A stretch of DNA of 64,000 bases from Octopus sinensis (Eukaryota), in assembly GCF_006345805.1 (NCBI RefSeq), contig NC_043002.1:118978001-119042000 (forward strand). The letters are read 5' to 3'. Shown piece by piece: positions 1 to 13,061 of the stretch (positions are counted from its first letter, which is position 1; each line of letters begins with the position of its first letter). Position numbers and translations under genes: made by a program. The notes under the pieces were generated by a model, which was not told where the DNA came from, ran no database searches, and saw only the letters and a program-made list of their open reading frames with translations.

Positions 1-557
1 AGCTAAGTAAAAGCATGGTTGCCCCTGTAACCCTCTCCAGCTGAGCATCTCTCATCTTGTGGGCTCATAGGTTTTGGGGCCACATAAAAAGTACCCAGGA
101 CACTTTGTAAAGTGGTTGGCATTAGGAAGTGCATCCAGCTGTAGAAACCATGCCAAAACAGGGAGCCTGAACAGCCCTTCAGCTGGTCCACTCTTGTCAA
201 AATGTCCAACCCATGCCAGCATGAAAAACAAACATTAAATGGTGGTGATGAGACTTTATTTAGAACCGATTTGCATTTCATTGGACTGAATTTCAAAAAT
301 ATGTCACTGTCTCCTTGCCTTGGTATCACATGATAGCTGTAAATGAATGCCACTGTCTTGCAAGCAGTGTCCTTTGTTCCCAAACTTCCATGAAAACATG
401 TTTGGTTGTGGGGGAAATATTACCTTACTGGGAAACAAGTGAAAGCTGCCAATAGGAAGAGCAGCAGAAAATCTGCTTCAACAAAATTCCATCTGACCCA
501 TGCAAATATGGAAAAGTAGGTGTAAAAGCAATGAGACACTGACAAAGATTATATATA

Positions 558-945
558 GGCGCAGGAGTGGCTGTGTGGTAAGTAGCTTGCTAACCAACCA
601 CATGGTTCCGGGTTCAGTCCCACTGCATGGCATCTTGGGCAAGTGTCTTCTGCTTTAGCCCCGGGCCGACCAATGCCTTGTGAGTGGATTCGGTAGATGG
701 AAACTGAAAGAAACCTTTCGTATATATGTATATATATATATGTGTGTGTTTGTCCCCCTAGCATTGCTTGACAACCGATGCTGGTGTGTTTACGTCCCCG
801 TCACTTAGCGGTTCGGCAAAAGAGATCGATGGAATAAGTACTGGGTTTACAAAAGAATGAGTCCCGGGGTCGATTTGCTCGACTAAAGGCGGTGCTCCAG
901 CATGGCCGCAGTCAAATGACTGAAACAAGTAAAAGAGTAAAGAGT
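558..945 (+). mobile_element. SINE family A (tRNA-like head GGCGCAGGAGTGGCTGTGTGGTAAG, central TA/TG microsatellite, tail ...GACTGAAACAAGTAAAAGAG)
   Basis: Near-identical to about 18 other copies in the window; CCTTGGGCAAGT CORE-like segment after the head. Confidence 0.9.
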
Positions 946-979
946 ATATACACACATACAGAGAGAGATAAATAGACAG

Positions 980-1023
<44 letters not shown>

Positions 1024-1164
1024 ATAAAGTGAAGAAATACTATTGCTTCACTAATAATATTATTCATCTGCAAAACTCATAGTAGTGTATTTATATTCCA
1101 AGATTGCTGTTATTTTTCCACTAAATTACATTGCAAAACAATTTTCGTTATTTTTATTTCTTTA

Positions 1165-1490
1165 GTCAGTAAGTGTTGTTTCCTATTTGCTTCTATCTAG
1201 AAATCAAAGTAAATCACTACCATTCCCTTCAAACTTTGCTTTTGTCACCTGGACATCTATGTTTTGAAACTCACCTATTTTCCATTACATTTCAGTGAGA
1301 TTCAATGTTGAGTTGCTAAAGCAGAAATATCATTATAGCAAATATTCTGCTCAAAACCACAGATTTGCTTGACTTTAACCACTCGAACATGTCCCTTAGT
1401 GGCTGACAATATGTGCATCTCTAATCACGAACAGGAGTAGTGGGGGAATATCATAGCCATGTGTTGAGGAAGATTCTTTGGGGTTTGAAT
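1165..1490 (+). repeat. Unclassified interspersed repeat, second copy at 58368-58640
   Basis: Shared sequence ...cattcccttcaaactttgcttttgt...catgtcccttagtggctgacaatatgtgcatctct. Confidence 0.75.
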
Positions 1491-1684
1491 AAATGTAACA
1501 AAAGCAAAATTGGGAGGAAATATTAGCCATTTTTCACATTTTCTAGGGGTAAGCAAATAGAAAATAAAAGTTGTTATGCAAGGACAAAAATCATGTTACA
1601 CAGTGTTATAAGCAACACCCTGGGAGGGTGATCGGTGATTTGATCTTTACTAATTGTTCAGAGATTCCTTGCTGTTATTTCTAG

Positions 1685-1725
1685 CCAATGGAGTAAACAC
1701 AGCTTTTCAACTTTGCAAAGCAATG
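1685..1725 (+). CDS. Possible small upstream exon (xNGVNTAFQLCKAM)
   Basis: Acceptor gttatttctag, donor gtaaat, 41 nt; no homology recognised. Confidence 0.2.
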
Positions 1726-2584
1726 GTAAATATCTTTCTTCAAAATTTATTTCCCTATATTATAATTTATAAAATTGAAAAGTAATTATATAGAAATTAT
1801 AAAATAATTTTTAAATTGTAAAATATTTGAAAATAATCTAACATTTTATAATTTAGAATTACGAAATAATTTTTGAAATATTAAAAAAAAAATAAATTTA
1901 TAATTTAAATAATAAAATAATTTTAAAATATAAAATTTTAAAAATTACATAACCTATAAGCTAATTTAATTCTAAGTGTCAATCACTTAAAGTTTTGTGA
2001 AGTTGTAGAAACCCAAGAAGATATGGGACAAAGTAGTGAAGGCCGATCTCAAGACACTGAACCTTACAAGGAGATGACAGAGGACCAAGATATGTGGCGC
2101 ATTGCTGCACTTGAGACGACCTGCCCACTTCAACAGAATTGAGATCTTAAAACCAAGGTACCACATAAAAAGCATTAGTGTGGGTGCTGGTACCACACAA
2201 GACGCACTGGTGATGATGCTACATACAAAGCACCCAGTACACTCTGTGGAGTAGTTGGCATTTGGAAGGTAGTCAAAACAGGCAATGGAACCCAGTTCAG
2301 CCCCTGGCCATACCAGTTCCTGTCAAGCCATCTAATCCATGACAACATGGGAAGTGGATGTTGAATTATGATGATTTAATAATTTGTATAATTATTTTAT
2401 TCTATAAATTTTAAAAGGTTATTTATTTTGATCTTAAAATACTATTTCAAAAATAGGAGAAAGGTATGCAGCTTCATCTAAATTATTTCTCTATTTAAAT
2501 ATTTGGAGAGGTTTTCTCAAAAAAGGGTACTGGTGTTTTAGGTGGCTATGAAATGAAAAAGGTAAAAAGTGAAAGTGACAGATA

Positions 2585-2755
2585 GGCGCAGGAGTGGCTG
2601 TGTGGTAAGTAGCTTGTTTACCAACCACATGGTTCCGGGTTCAGTCCCACTGCGTGGCACCTTGGGCAAGTGTCTTCTGCTATAGCCCCGGGCCAACCAA
2701 TGCCTTGTGAGTGAATTTGGTAGACGGAAACTGAAAGAAGCCCGTCGTATATATG

Positions 2756-2788
<33 letters not shown>

Positions 2789-2985
2789 CTGTGTTTGTCC
2801 CCCTAGCATTGCTTGACAACCGATGGTGGTGTGTTTACGTCCCCGTCACTTAGCAGTTCGGCAAAAGAGACCGATAGAATAAGTACTGGGCTTACAAAGA
2901 ATAAGTCCCGGGGTCGATTTGCTTGACTAAAGGCGGTGCTCCAGCATGGCCGCAGTCGAATGACTGAAACAAGTAAAAGAGTGAA
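2585..2985 (+). mobile_element. SINE A with short TSD (gtgaaagtgaca)
   Basis: Full head-to-tail copy with a flanking direct repeat. Confidence 0.9.
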
Positions 2986-3213
2986 AGTGACATATACCTG
3001 TTTTAGGAGGTTGACAGGTTAAAGTGAAAATGTTAGATTAGTTTCAGTAATACATGAGACATTTCCAAACAATTGTTACATGTTAAGTAAAATTGGACTA
3101 GTATCAAATTTATGTAAAGTTATTGGTCACTATGTGTAAGCCGTAATATAAAATGTAAACAGATAGTATGTTTGGAGCTGAATCTCATACTCAAGCTGTC
3201 CTACTTTTTAGAT

Positions 3214-3573
3214 TCATCATTTAGCGTCCGCTTTCCATGCTAGCATGGGTTGGACGGTTCAGCTGGGGTCTGGGAAGCCAGAAGGCTGCATCAGGCCCAG
3301 TCTGATCTGGCAGTGTTTCTACACCTGGATGCCCTTCTTAATGCCAACCACTCCATGAGTGTAGTGGGTGCTTTTTACGTGCCACCTGCACAGGTGCCAG
3401 ACGGAGCTGGCAAACGGCCACGGACGGATGGTGCTTTTTACGTGCCACCAGCATGGGGGCCAGCTGAGGCTGGCAACGGACACGAACGGATGGTGCTTTT
3501 ACGTGCCACCGGCACGGGGGCCAGTCGAGGCTGGCAACGGCCACGATCGGATGGTGCTTTTTACGTGCCACCG
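3214..3573 (-). mobile_element. 5'-truncated RTE 3' UTR with 4 array units
   Basis: (CAT)n tail at left; GTGCCACCGGCAC units. Confidence 0.85.
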
Positions 3574-3808
3574 AGTATATAATATTTCCAAGTCCAAAAT
3601 TTGAAATCCTTCCAGTTCCAAGCATTTCAGATATACTTTCATGTTTACAAATAAACGAATAAAGAAGTCAGTACATTAAGGAATTTATATTTATTAGGAA
3701 TCAAATGATGATTCTTTGTATTACTACTTGAAGTTTCCTGCTCTTTCTACACACATGATCAATCAGGCAATATGAGGCTAATGAATGAAGCTTTACCATT
3801 ATACAGTA

Positions 3809-4206
3809 CTAGCAGTATCGCCCGGCGTTGCTCGGGTTTGTAAGGGAAATAACTATATAAGCATTTTTAGAGATGTAAAATATAATAGCCATCTCAATAT
3901 GGCTAACCACAAAGGGGGGGGGGTGTTACTGTAGCTTTTAACGTTCTGATATTTAATAATACATTTTTAGAGAGTTACTTCCCTTATATATGCCAAAAAT
4001 GCATTAAAAATAGGAAAAACTGATGGTAAATTTCTTTTTAAATCGTAGACTCATCGTAGACATCACTAATATCCAGAAGGGCTCGATATGAATCACGACT
4101 ATAAGATACCTGGTTTTGGTTAAACTGCACCGCAAAATGTGGGAGTAGTTAGGAATCTAAATCGTAGGAGACAGACAACACACAACCTCACTTTTATATA
4201 TAAAGA
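3809..4206 (-). mobile_element. Non-autonomous Helitron
   Basis: 5' TC, 3' CCCG...CGGG hairpin plus CTAG, inserted at A|T. Confidence 0.85.
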
Positions 4207-4249
4207 TAAACTCCTGGCAAATGTAAAAATCAAACCCCAACTTTGCTGC

Positions 4250-4410
4250 CTATAAACAGAATCAAAGAAACTCGATTTCCATTCCTAGCTAAAAATAAAA
4301 GACCATGTGAACCATCTTAAGATGTATAAACCTTATATCACTTTTAAGGACAACAAAGTTAATTTCCTCTCAAGCTCCAAATATAGGTTAATCAGCACCC
4401 CAGAATTGAA
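4250..4410 (+). mobile_element. Penelope-like RT relic
   Basis: KPYITFKDNKVNFLSSSKYRLIS resembles the AYITLKDHKxNF...CRLINP motif of Penelope-like RTs (recalled). Confidence 0.45.
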
Positions 4411-4449
4411 TTATATATGTATATATATAATAAATGCATGCTTAATATA

Positions 4450-4855
4450 GGCGCAGGAGTGGCTGTGTGGTAAGTAGCTTGCTAACCAACCACATGGTTC
4501 CGGGTTCAGTCCCACTGCGTGGCATCTTGGGCAAAGTGTCTTCTGCTATAGCCCCAGGCTGACCAATGCCTTGTGAGTGGATTTGGTAGACGGAAACTGA
4601 AAGAAGTCCGTCGTATATATGTATATATATGTGTATGTGTGTGTATATGTTTGTGTGTCTGTATTTGTCCCATCCAACATCGCTTGACAACCGATGCTGG
4701 TGTGTTTACGTCCCCGTCACTTAGCAGTTCGGCAAAAGAGACCAATAGAATAAGTACTGGGCTTACAAAGAATAAGTCCCGGGGTCGATTTGGTCGACTA
4801 AAGGCGGTGCTCCAGCATGGCCGCAGTCAAATGACTGGAACAAGTAAAAGAGTAA
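4450..4855 (+). mobile_element. SINE A
   Basis: Full copy. Confidence 0.9.
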
Positions 4856-5061
4856 CCTCCAAAATTCAGAGTGACATGAGACTAGATCAATGAAACTGCA
4901 GTACTGCAATTGTTAAATGAATTCATGTCTTTAGAAACAAACCACTCTTCCGAGTGTTCTCGTCTTGGCATTGTACAATAATTGTAAATGAGTCACTGTC
5001 CTACAAGCAGTATTCTTCATTTTCAATCTTTTGTGAAAACATGTTTGGCTATATAAAAATA

Positions 5062-5461
5062 CTAGCAGTATCGCCCGGCATTGCTCGGGTTTGTAAGGGA
5101 AATAACTATATAAGCATTTTTAGAGATGTAAAGTATAATAGCCATCTCAATATGGCTAACCACAAAGGGGGGGGGGTGTTACTGTAGCTTTTTACGTTCT
5201 GAGATTTAATAATAAATTTTTAGAGAGTTACTTCCCTTATATATGCCAAAAATGCATTAAAAATGAGAAAAATTCATGGTAATTTTTTTTTTTAAATCGT
5301 AGACTCATCGTAGATGCGCGCTAATACCCAGAAGGGCTCGATATGAATCACGACTATAAGATACCCGGTTTTGGTTAAACTGCACCGCAAAATGTGGGAG
5401 TAGTTAAGAATCTAAATCGTAGGAGACAGACAGCACACAACCTCACTTTTATATATAAAGA
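5062..5461 (-). mobile_element. Non-autonomous Helitron, same family
   Basis: Near-identical to 3809-4206. Confidence 0.85.
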
Positions 5462-5811
5462 TTACCTTGCCAGGAAACAGGTGAGGGTTGGCAACTAGAA
5501 GGGTATCTAATCATAGAAAATTTGTCTCAAAGAATTCTGTGAACGTTAAAACCCCAACACTGATAACAAGGAGGACGATGCATAAAAATGTCAACCATAA
5601 TAAGGAATGTTGCAGCTAGTATAAATAGGAGAGGCTGTATTCTATCCTCAGACAGAAGCATCATTAACTGGGTCAGCTGGGAGTGACTTTTGCAATATGC
5701 TCACATAATGTTAATGATTAAGGAAAAAATAAAACATGTCTATGTTGAAATTTGCTGATACTCCACCCAAATTATAGCTTTAGCTTTGTACCTGTAATTA
5801 TCGGAGTACTC

Positions 5812-5937
5812 TGATACACACAAGCATGTATCTGACTCATACACTGTTCGCCTTCCAGACATTTTTACATTACTGCATGTACTTTATATGCACTTTCTGA
5901 CAAGTTGTGGTGCACCTGAGCACTGTATACAATAATT

Positions 5938-5979
<42 letters not shown>

Positions 5980-6000
5980 TATTATTATTATTATTATTAT
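5812..6000 (+). mobile_element. CR1/L2-group 3' UTR fragment with (ATT)n tail
   Basis: Matches 59140-59292. Confidence 0.75.
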
Positions 6001-6524
6001 AACTAAAGTAGCATTAATCTTGAGAAAACAAGTTTCAGGAAATTGAAAAGAAATCACAGTTGTGAGGTATTAATGGAACTGTGAAAATGTGTAAAGCATT
6101 CCAGAAGTTTAGATATAAATAAGAACATTTACACTCAAGTAGAGATACAAGCATATGATTATGTACACATACATAAGTAAAGACATACACATATGTCCAT
6201 GTAATGGCATCAAAGCTGAAACGTATATTCTTACATACATACATGCATACACACATACATACATGAATGCACACACAAGTGTATTGATGAACCAATCATA
6301 GAATCTTGTTTCTGAGTTTAAAATATAAACTCCCAAAGAACATGCATATACAAAAATTCACACACTTATGTGCATAAAAACAATATCCATATGGAAACAT
6401 GCACAAAGATGATACCTAAACACCTATAAGGTAAATATACATAATTATATACGTACACCACACTCAGTTGATATAAACATACGCAATACACATACATATA
6501 TATAAATACTTATATACACAAACG

Positions 6525-6836
6525 TGGAGGCGCAATGGCCCAGTGGTTAGGGCAACGGACTCGCGGTCGTAGGATTGCGGTTTCGATTCCCAGACCGGGC
6601 GTTGTGAGTGTTTATTGAGCGAAAACACCTAAAGCTCCACGAGGCTCCGGCAGGGGGTGGTGGCAAACCCTGCTGTACTCTTTCACCACAACTTTCTCTC
6701 ATTCTTTCTTCTGTTGGCCTGCTCGCTTAGCCAGCGGGGTGGCGTCATTTGAAGGCTAAAACAATGCGAAGCGCATTGTGACCAGCGATGTGTAGCAACA
6801 TCTGATAGCCTGGTCGGTCACAGTGATCACGGTGAT
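6525..6836 (+). mobile_element. tRNA-like-headed SINE B (GGAGGCGCAATGGCCCAGTGGTTAGGGC, TCG at anticodon-like position), tail type 1
   Basis: A/B-box-like head; 12-bp TSD atatacacaaac. Confidence 0.85.
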
Positions 6837-6875
6837 ATACACAAACAACCACAGAAATAATACAAAAAGACATAT

Positions 6876-7725
6876 CTTAGCTGGTATCAAAAAGTTCCCA
6901 GTCTAGTTATGTTTAATAAAAAATAACTCATTTACCTAACTTTTTACATCATCTCCTTCAGAATAGTAACCTTGTGCAGCAATACACTGGTTCCAGTATT
7001 CCTGCTACTTTTGGAATCTGGCCTGGAAATTGTTTTCCATAAGCAATTCATTCTGGATCTCAACAATGGAGTTAAAATGGTGGCCTTTGCTGCATTTTCA
7101 TCTTGGGGGAAAAGACGGAAGTCTGCAGGTACTAAATCTGGTGACACAGAGGAGAGCTCAGTAACTGGGTGCATTGTTGTTGTGAAAAATCCAATTCTTC
7201 ATGCTCCACAAATCAAGCTGATTTCTCCAAATGTCCTCCCTCAAACACTTCAGAACATTGCAATAGAACTCTTGATTGACAGTCTGACCCTGAGGGACAA
7301 ATTCTCAATGCACAATACTAATGTTTCCAAGTGTGACGCTCATGGCAGGTCTTCGAGATCACTCATCACCTTCCAGGGGTGTTCTTCCACATTTGAAGTG
7401 CCCGTTCTACTCAAAACATTGTGTACAACCCATTGCTTTGTCACCATAAGCTTGCCAAAGCATGCTCAATATCTCTGTAGCAGACTTCTCAAGTTTAACA
7501 CAAAATTTCACATTGGCTCTCTGTTCTTATCCATGACAAAATCGCAGACGGCAGCATGCTCATGATCACAAAAACACAAATTTCACAACTTGTAAATACA
7601 GTGATGTCACTTGGCACACTGCCTCATGAAGGTCAATGGTAGCTCTCACTGTGCATGATATCATATGCTACCATCTGTTGGTGTGCTACAAGACCAGTGC
7701 AGGAACTTTTTGATAACACCTTGTA
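6876..7725 (-). mobile_element. Mariner-like element, decayed, with TIRs
   Basis: TIRs ggtatcaaaaagttcc / ggaactttttgataacacc followed by TA; SPDLVPADFRLFP resembles the mariner YSPDLAPxD motif. Confidence 0.85.
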
Positions 7726-7829
7726 TATATATATATATATATTTATTTAATAACAGTTTGATTCAACTATTAAATAATATATGCAGCTGCTAGTGAATGT
7801 GTTGGGTGCTACTTTCTCTCATTTGCCCA

Positions 7830-8128
<299 letters not shown>

Positions 8129-9768
8129 ATATGATAAGCTTCTTTAGGTTTTGTCTACCAATTCTACTCACAAGGCTTTAATTGTCCCAGGGCTTTAGTA
8201 GTAGACACTTGCTCAAGGTCCTGCACGGTGAGACTGAACCTGGAACCATGTGGCCTGCAAGCAAACTTCTTACTACACAACCATGCTTGTGTCCATCATA
8301 TATTCAATATATTTCTATAAATCAGATTTAAATGGTCATTTTGGTAGATAGGATATATTTAATATGTTTTTGAGTTGATGGAACCCACAAAAGAGGGTGA
8401 CAAAGGAATACATGGTGAAGGCTACTCTGAAGATGCTGCCTCTCACAGACCAGATGATTAAGGATCATACTCTTTGTTGATATGCAATGCTGAAAATGCC
8501 CAACCACCTACAGCAAAACATAACCTGACATGAGGGAGTGTTTAGAGGCTCAGATACTTTATACCCTGCCAAGCATACATCACACATCTTGCACCCAACT
8601 ATCCACCCTTTGAATGCTTTGAAGCACCCCCATCTTCCATCACCCTATGGTTCTCGTACTCCTCTCCATTGGACTGTCTTCATTCTGCCTAGAGGAAAAG
8701 ACCATCCTCATACCTCTGTAACTCCTCTCTAGTGCATCTCCTTTACCTTCTTTGCCCTTCTCTGCCACCAGCCATCACACTCTCCCACCCTTAGGGCCAC
8801 TTCTATCAGCACCTATCATCCATAATAAATGCACTCAGTACAATCTTGTAAAGCGGCTGGTATTAGGAAGGGTATCCACCCATAGAACCAAGCTGAATGA
8901 CATGTATAAGCACCAATGCAGCAGCTCCCAATAAGAAATGACTCAGACCATGACACCGCGTCCATGATAGCACAGAAAATGGACATAAAAATGATTATGA
9001 TGATTTCTGATTTCTATAAAATTGATTTCAAATTTTGGCACTAGGCTATTAAATTCAGAGGAGGGGATAAATCGATTACCCCACCCACTTTGTGTTCAAC
9101 TGGTGTTTATTTTATTGACCCTGAAAGGATGAAAGGCAAAGTCAACCTCAGCAGAATTTAAACTCAACATAAAGACAGACGAAATTTTGCCTAGTGTGCT
9201 AACAATTCTGCCAACTCACCATCTTCATGATTTCTATAATATTGGATGTTAATTGTGGAGATTTGGTTGGTCTGATATATATAATGTGATTCTATGTAAT
9301 GGATATAGATGTAGGCATTTGATAAATAGGATATCATCATCGTTTAACGTCCGTTTTCCGTGCTAGCACAGGTTGGACGGTTCGACTGGGGTCTGGGAAG
9401 CCAGGGGCTGCACCAGGCTCCGGTCTGATCTGGCAGAGTTTCTACAGCTGGATGCCCTTCCTAACGCCAACCACTCCACAAGTGTAGTTATATATTTAAT
9501 ATATTTTCATATCCATTTATTTCATCTGTCCATCTTCTCCATCCACTTTTCTTGGATGGGTTATGGGTCCTCAGGCACCTTCTCCATTGGATCCAATCAG
9601 AAGCAACCATCATTACACTTTCCAGCTGGATTCCCAAGTGGGACCAACTGAGATTATGGATATCACCCGATCATCTCATCCTTGGTCTTCTCCTAGGTCT
9701 TCTCACAATTGGCTCTGTTTAAAGAATCTGGCTTGCAATTCTTTCTTGAGACATCCTAATCCCATAAT

Positions 9769-9938
9769 CTCTTTTACTCTTTTACTTGTTTCAGTCATTT
9801 GACTGCGGCCATGCTGGAGCACCGCCTTTAGTCGAGCAAATCAACCCCGGGACTTATTCCTTGTAAGCCCAGTACTTATTCTATCAGTCTCTTTTGCCGA
9901 ACCGCTAAGTGACGGGGACGTAAACACACACACATACA

Positions 9939-9990
<52 letters not shown>

Positions 9991-10177
9991 TATATATATA
10001 TATATACATATATACGACAGGCTTCTTTCAGTTTCCGTCTACCAAATCCACTCACAAGGCATTGGTCGGCCCGGGGCTATAGCAGAAGACACTTGCCCAA
10101 GATGCCACGCAGTGGGACTGAACCTGGAACCATGTGGTTGGTTAGCAAGCTACTTACCACACAGCCACCCCTGCACC
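9769..10177 (-). mobile_element. SINE A
   Basis: Reverse-complement full copy. Confidence 0.9.
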
Positions 10178-10779
10178 TATGTTAATTAAATCCAAAACAT
10201 ATTACATATATTACACGTGATTGAAATATATTTCTGTATATTTGATATAATTGTGAAGATATAGCAGAGAGGGCATATTTGTGGGAAGACGCTTGGCTCA
10301 GGCACAGCTATGTGGTGAGATGCAGGCATGGATGTGTGGTGAGAAGTTTGTTTCTGGGTTCAGTCTCACTGCAAGGCCTTTGAGGCAAGTGTCTTCTAGT
10401 ATAGCCTTGAGACAACCAAAGTCTTATGAGTGGATTTGGTAGATGGAAACTGAAAGAAGCCCATCATGTGTCTGTGTTTGTTTTCCACCTTCCACTGATT
10501 GGCAACCAGTGCTGGTCTCTGTAACTTAGCAGTTCAGCATATGAGACCAATAGAATAAGTACCAGGCTTTAAAAAATATAACTACTGGGGTTGAATCATC
10601 AATTAAAAATTCTTCAAGGCAATGCCCTGGCATGGTCACAGTCTAATAACTGAAAGAAATAAAAGATGAAAGATATTAGATATAACTGCGGACATTTGAG
10701 AGAAAGGATATATTTCATTTGTTATCTACAGTTTAGGTTACTGGATATTTAGTAAAAAGTATATATTCAATATGTTTCA

Positions 10780-11052
10780 GCCTCGCCTGGCCTCCGTGCC
10801 GGTGGCACGTAAAAAAACACCATCCGAGCGTGGCCGTTCGCCAGCCTCGTCTGGCACCTGTGTCGGTGGCACATAAAAAGCACCCACTACACTCACGGAG
10901 TGGTTGGCGTTAGGAAGGGCATCCAGCTGTAGAAACACTGTCAGATCTGACTGGCCTGGAGCAGCCTTCGGGCTTCCCAGACCCCAGTTGAACCGTCCAA
11001 CCCATGCTAGCATGGAAAGCGGACGTTAAACGATGATAATAATAATAATAAT
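10780..11052 (+). mobile_element. RTE 3' UTR fragment
   Basis: Same family. Further short copies at 9333-9490 (-), 18040-18292 (-), 40782-41060 (-), 55628-55685 (-) and 59988-60300 (-). Confidence 0.85.
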
Positions 11053-11791
11053 AAATATTAGATGTAAAAGATCTTTTTCAAGTTCAAATCCCATGTAACA
11101 CTGACACTGACTTCTCTCATTTTTATTTATATCTACTTTATCCATTGTCCATCAATGTTCATGTTCATACTCAATCTATAGAATGTATAGAATTGCATTT
11201 AAATATATAGTCACGTAACATTCCTATTTTAATTAGAAATACATTAACTTAATATTTCTTTTTTCTTTAATTTCGTTTGGAACATACCTTATTAATACCT
11301 ATTTCATACTTTCAGCACTATTTGTTAATGGAATATCCTTTCATTTAAAGATAAATGGCAATTATTTATGAATTGGTGTTCATATTATCTTGGTTATAAT
11401 TTTCAACGGAATCGGTTTCTGTATCCAAATTGCACCAATTATCTGATGCAAACCAAAGACACAGAACTTATATGCTAATAATAATTATAGTAACTGAAGT
11501 AAAGGCAACAGCGGCGGCGGTAGCAGCAGCAGCAACAGTAGCAGTAGTAGTAGTAGTAGTAGTAGTCAGCCTAAGGTTATAGTAGAAGACACTTGTCTAA
11601 GATGCCACACCACAAGACTGAACCTAGAACCATGTGGTTGGGAAGCAAGCGTCTTACCAAACAACCTCCAAAATTATGATAATGATAATAATAACAATAA
11701 CAATAATAATAATTCCAGAACTTACAGATATACACAACACACAGAAAATTGCACTACTAAACACAAACATGTTAATGAAATGAAATTCATA

Positions 11792-12180
11792 GGCGCAGGA
11801 GTGGCTGTGTGGTAAGTAGCTTGCTAACCAACCACATGGTTCCGGGTTCAGTCCCACTGCGTGGCATCTTGGGCAAGTGTCTTCTGCTATAGCCCCGGGC
11901 CGACCAATGCCTTGTGTGTGGATTTGGTAGACGGAAACTGAAAGAAGCTTGTCGTATATATGTATATATATATATGTATGCGTGTGTGTTTGTGTGTCTG
12001 TGTTTGCTTGACAATCGATGCTGGTGTGTTTAAGTCCCTGTCACTTAGCGGTTCGGCAAAAAGAGACCGATAGAATAAGTACTGGGCTTACAAAGAATAA
12101 GTCCCGGGGTCGATTTGCTCGACTAAAGGCAGTGCTCCAGCATGGCCGCAGTCAAATGACTGAAACAAGTAAAAGAGTAA
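11792..12180 (+). mobile_element. SINE A
   Basis: Full copy. Confidence 0.9.
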
Positions 12181-12677
12181 GGTGATTAAGAATATAAAAT
12201 GTATATATAGAAAGTTATTATTTTTATTGTTTTGTAATTGTATTTTTATATATTTTTAATATATAAAATTTGCCATTTTGTTTTCAATAAAATTTTAATA
12301 TATTAAAAACACCCATTACACTCTCAGAATGGTTGGCATTAGGAAGGGCATCCAGCTGTAAAAAAACCATGCCAAATCAAACTGGAGTCTGGTACGGCCT
12401 TCCAGCATGCCAGCTTAGTCAAACTGTCCAACCCATGCCAACATGGACAACAGATGTTAAATGGTGATGATGATGATCATCATCATTATTTTTTATATTT
12501 TTGGAAAGTGTTATCATAAAATAATCATTGTACTAATTATGGGACAACAAAACAGTAATTCTGTTTAATTGTCTCTGCATACCTAGATCAACTGACCGGC
12601 TGGTCAGGGGGCAGGTGGCAATGTAAACATCAACACAGTTGACCAGTATCCTGGAATCCCTGACTTGTGACAGTTGT

Positions 12678-13061
12678 GTGGAAGCACTCCGTCAGTTACG
12701 ACGACGAGGGTTCCGGTTAATCCAATCAACGGAACAGCCTGCACGTGAAATTAACGTGTAAGTGGCTGAGCACTCCACAGACACATGTACCCTTAACGCA
12801 GTTCTCGGGGATATTCAGCATAACACAGAGAGTGACAAGGCCGGCCCCTTGAAATACAGGTACAACAGAAACAGGAAGTAAGAGTGAGAGAAAGTTGTGG
12901 TGAAAGAGTACAGCAGGGATCACCACCATCCCCTGCCGGAGCCTCGTGCAGCTTTCGGTGTTTTCGCTCAATAAACACTCACAACGCCCGGTCTGGGAAT
13001 CGAAACCGCAATCCTACGACTGCGAGTCCGCTGCCCTAACCACTGGGTCATTGCGCCTCCA
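12678..13061 (-). mobile_element. SINE B, tail type 2
   Basis: 13-bp TSD acttgtgacagtt (12663-12675, 13063-13075). Confidence 0.9.

Noticed and set aside
3250-3582. Recurrent MDGS.../MLGGQT.../MSSNARG... ORFs
   Set aside because: Chance frames within high-copy SINE and LINE 3' UTR sequence.
6525-6600. tRNA gene (Arg-like)
   Set aside because: It is the head of a SINE with body, tail and TSD; no complete acceptor stem seen.
6972-7565. Longest ORF in the track (197 aa, plus strand)
   Set aside because: It is the antisense of a decayed mariner transposase lying between TIRs.
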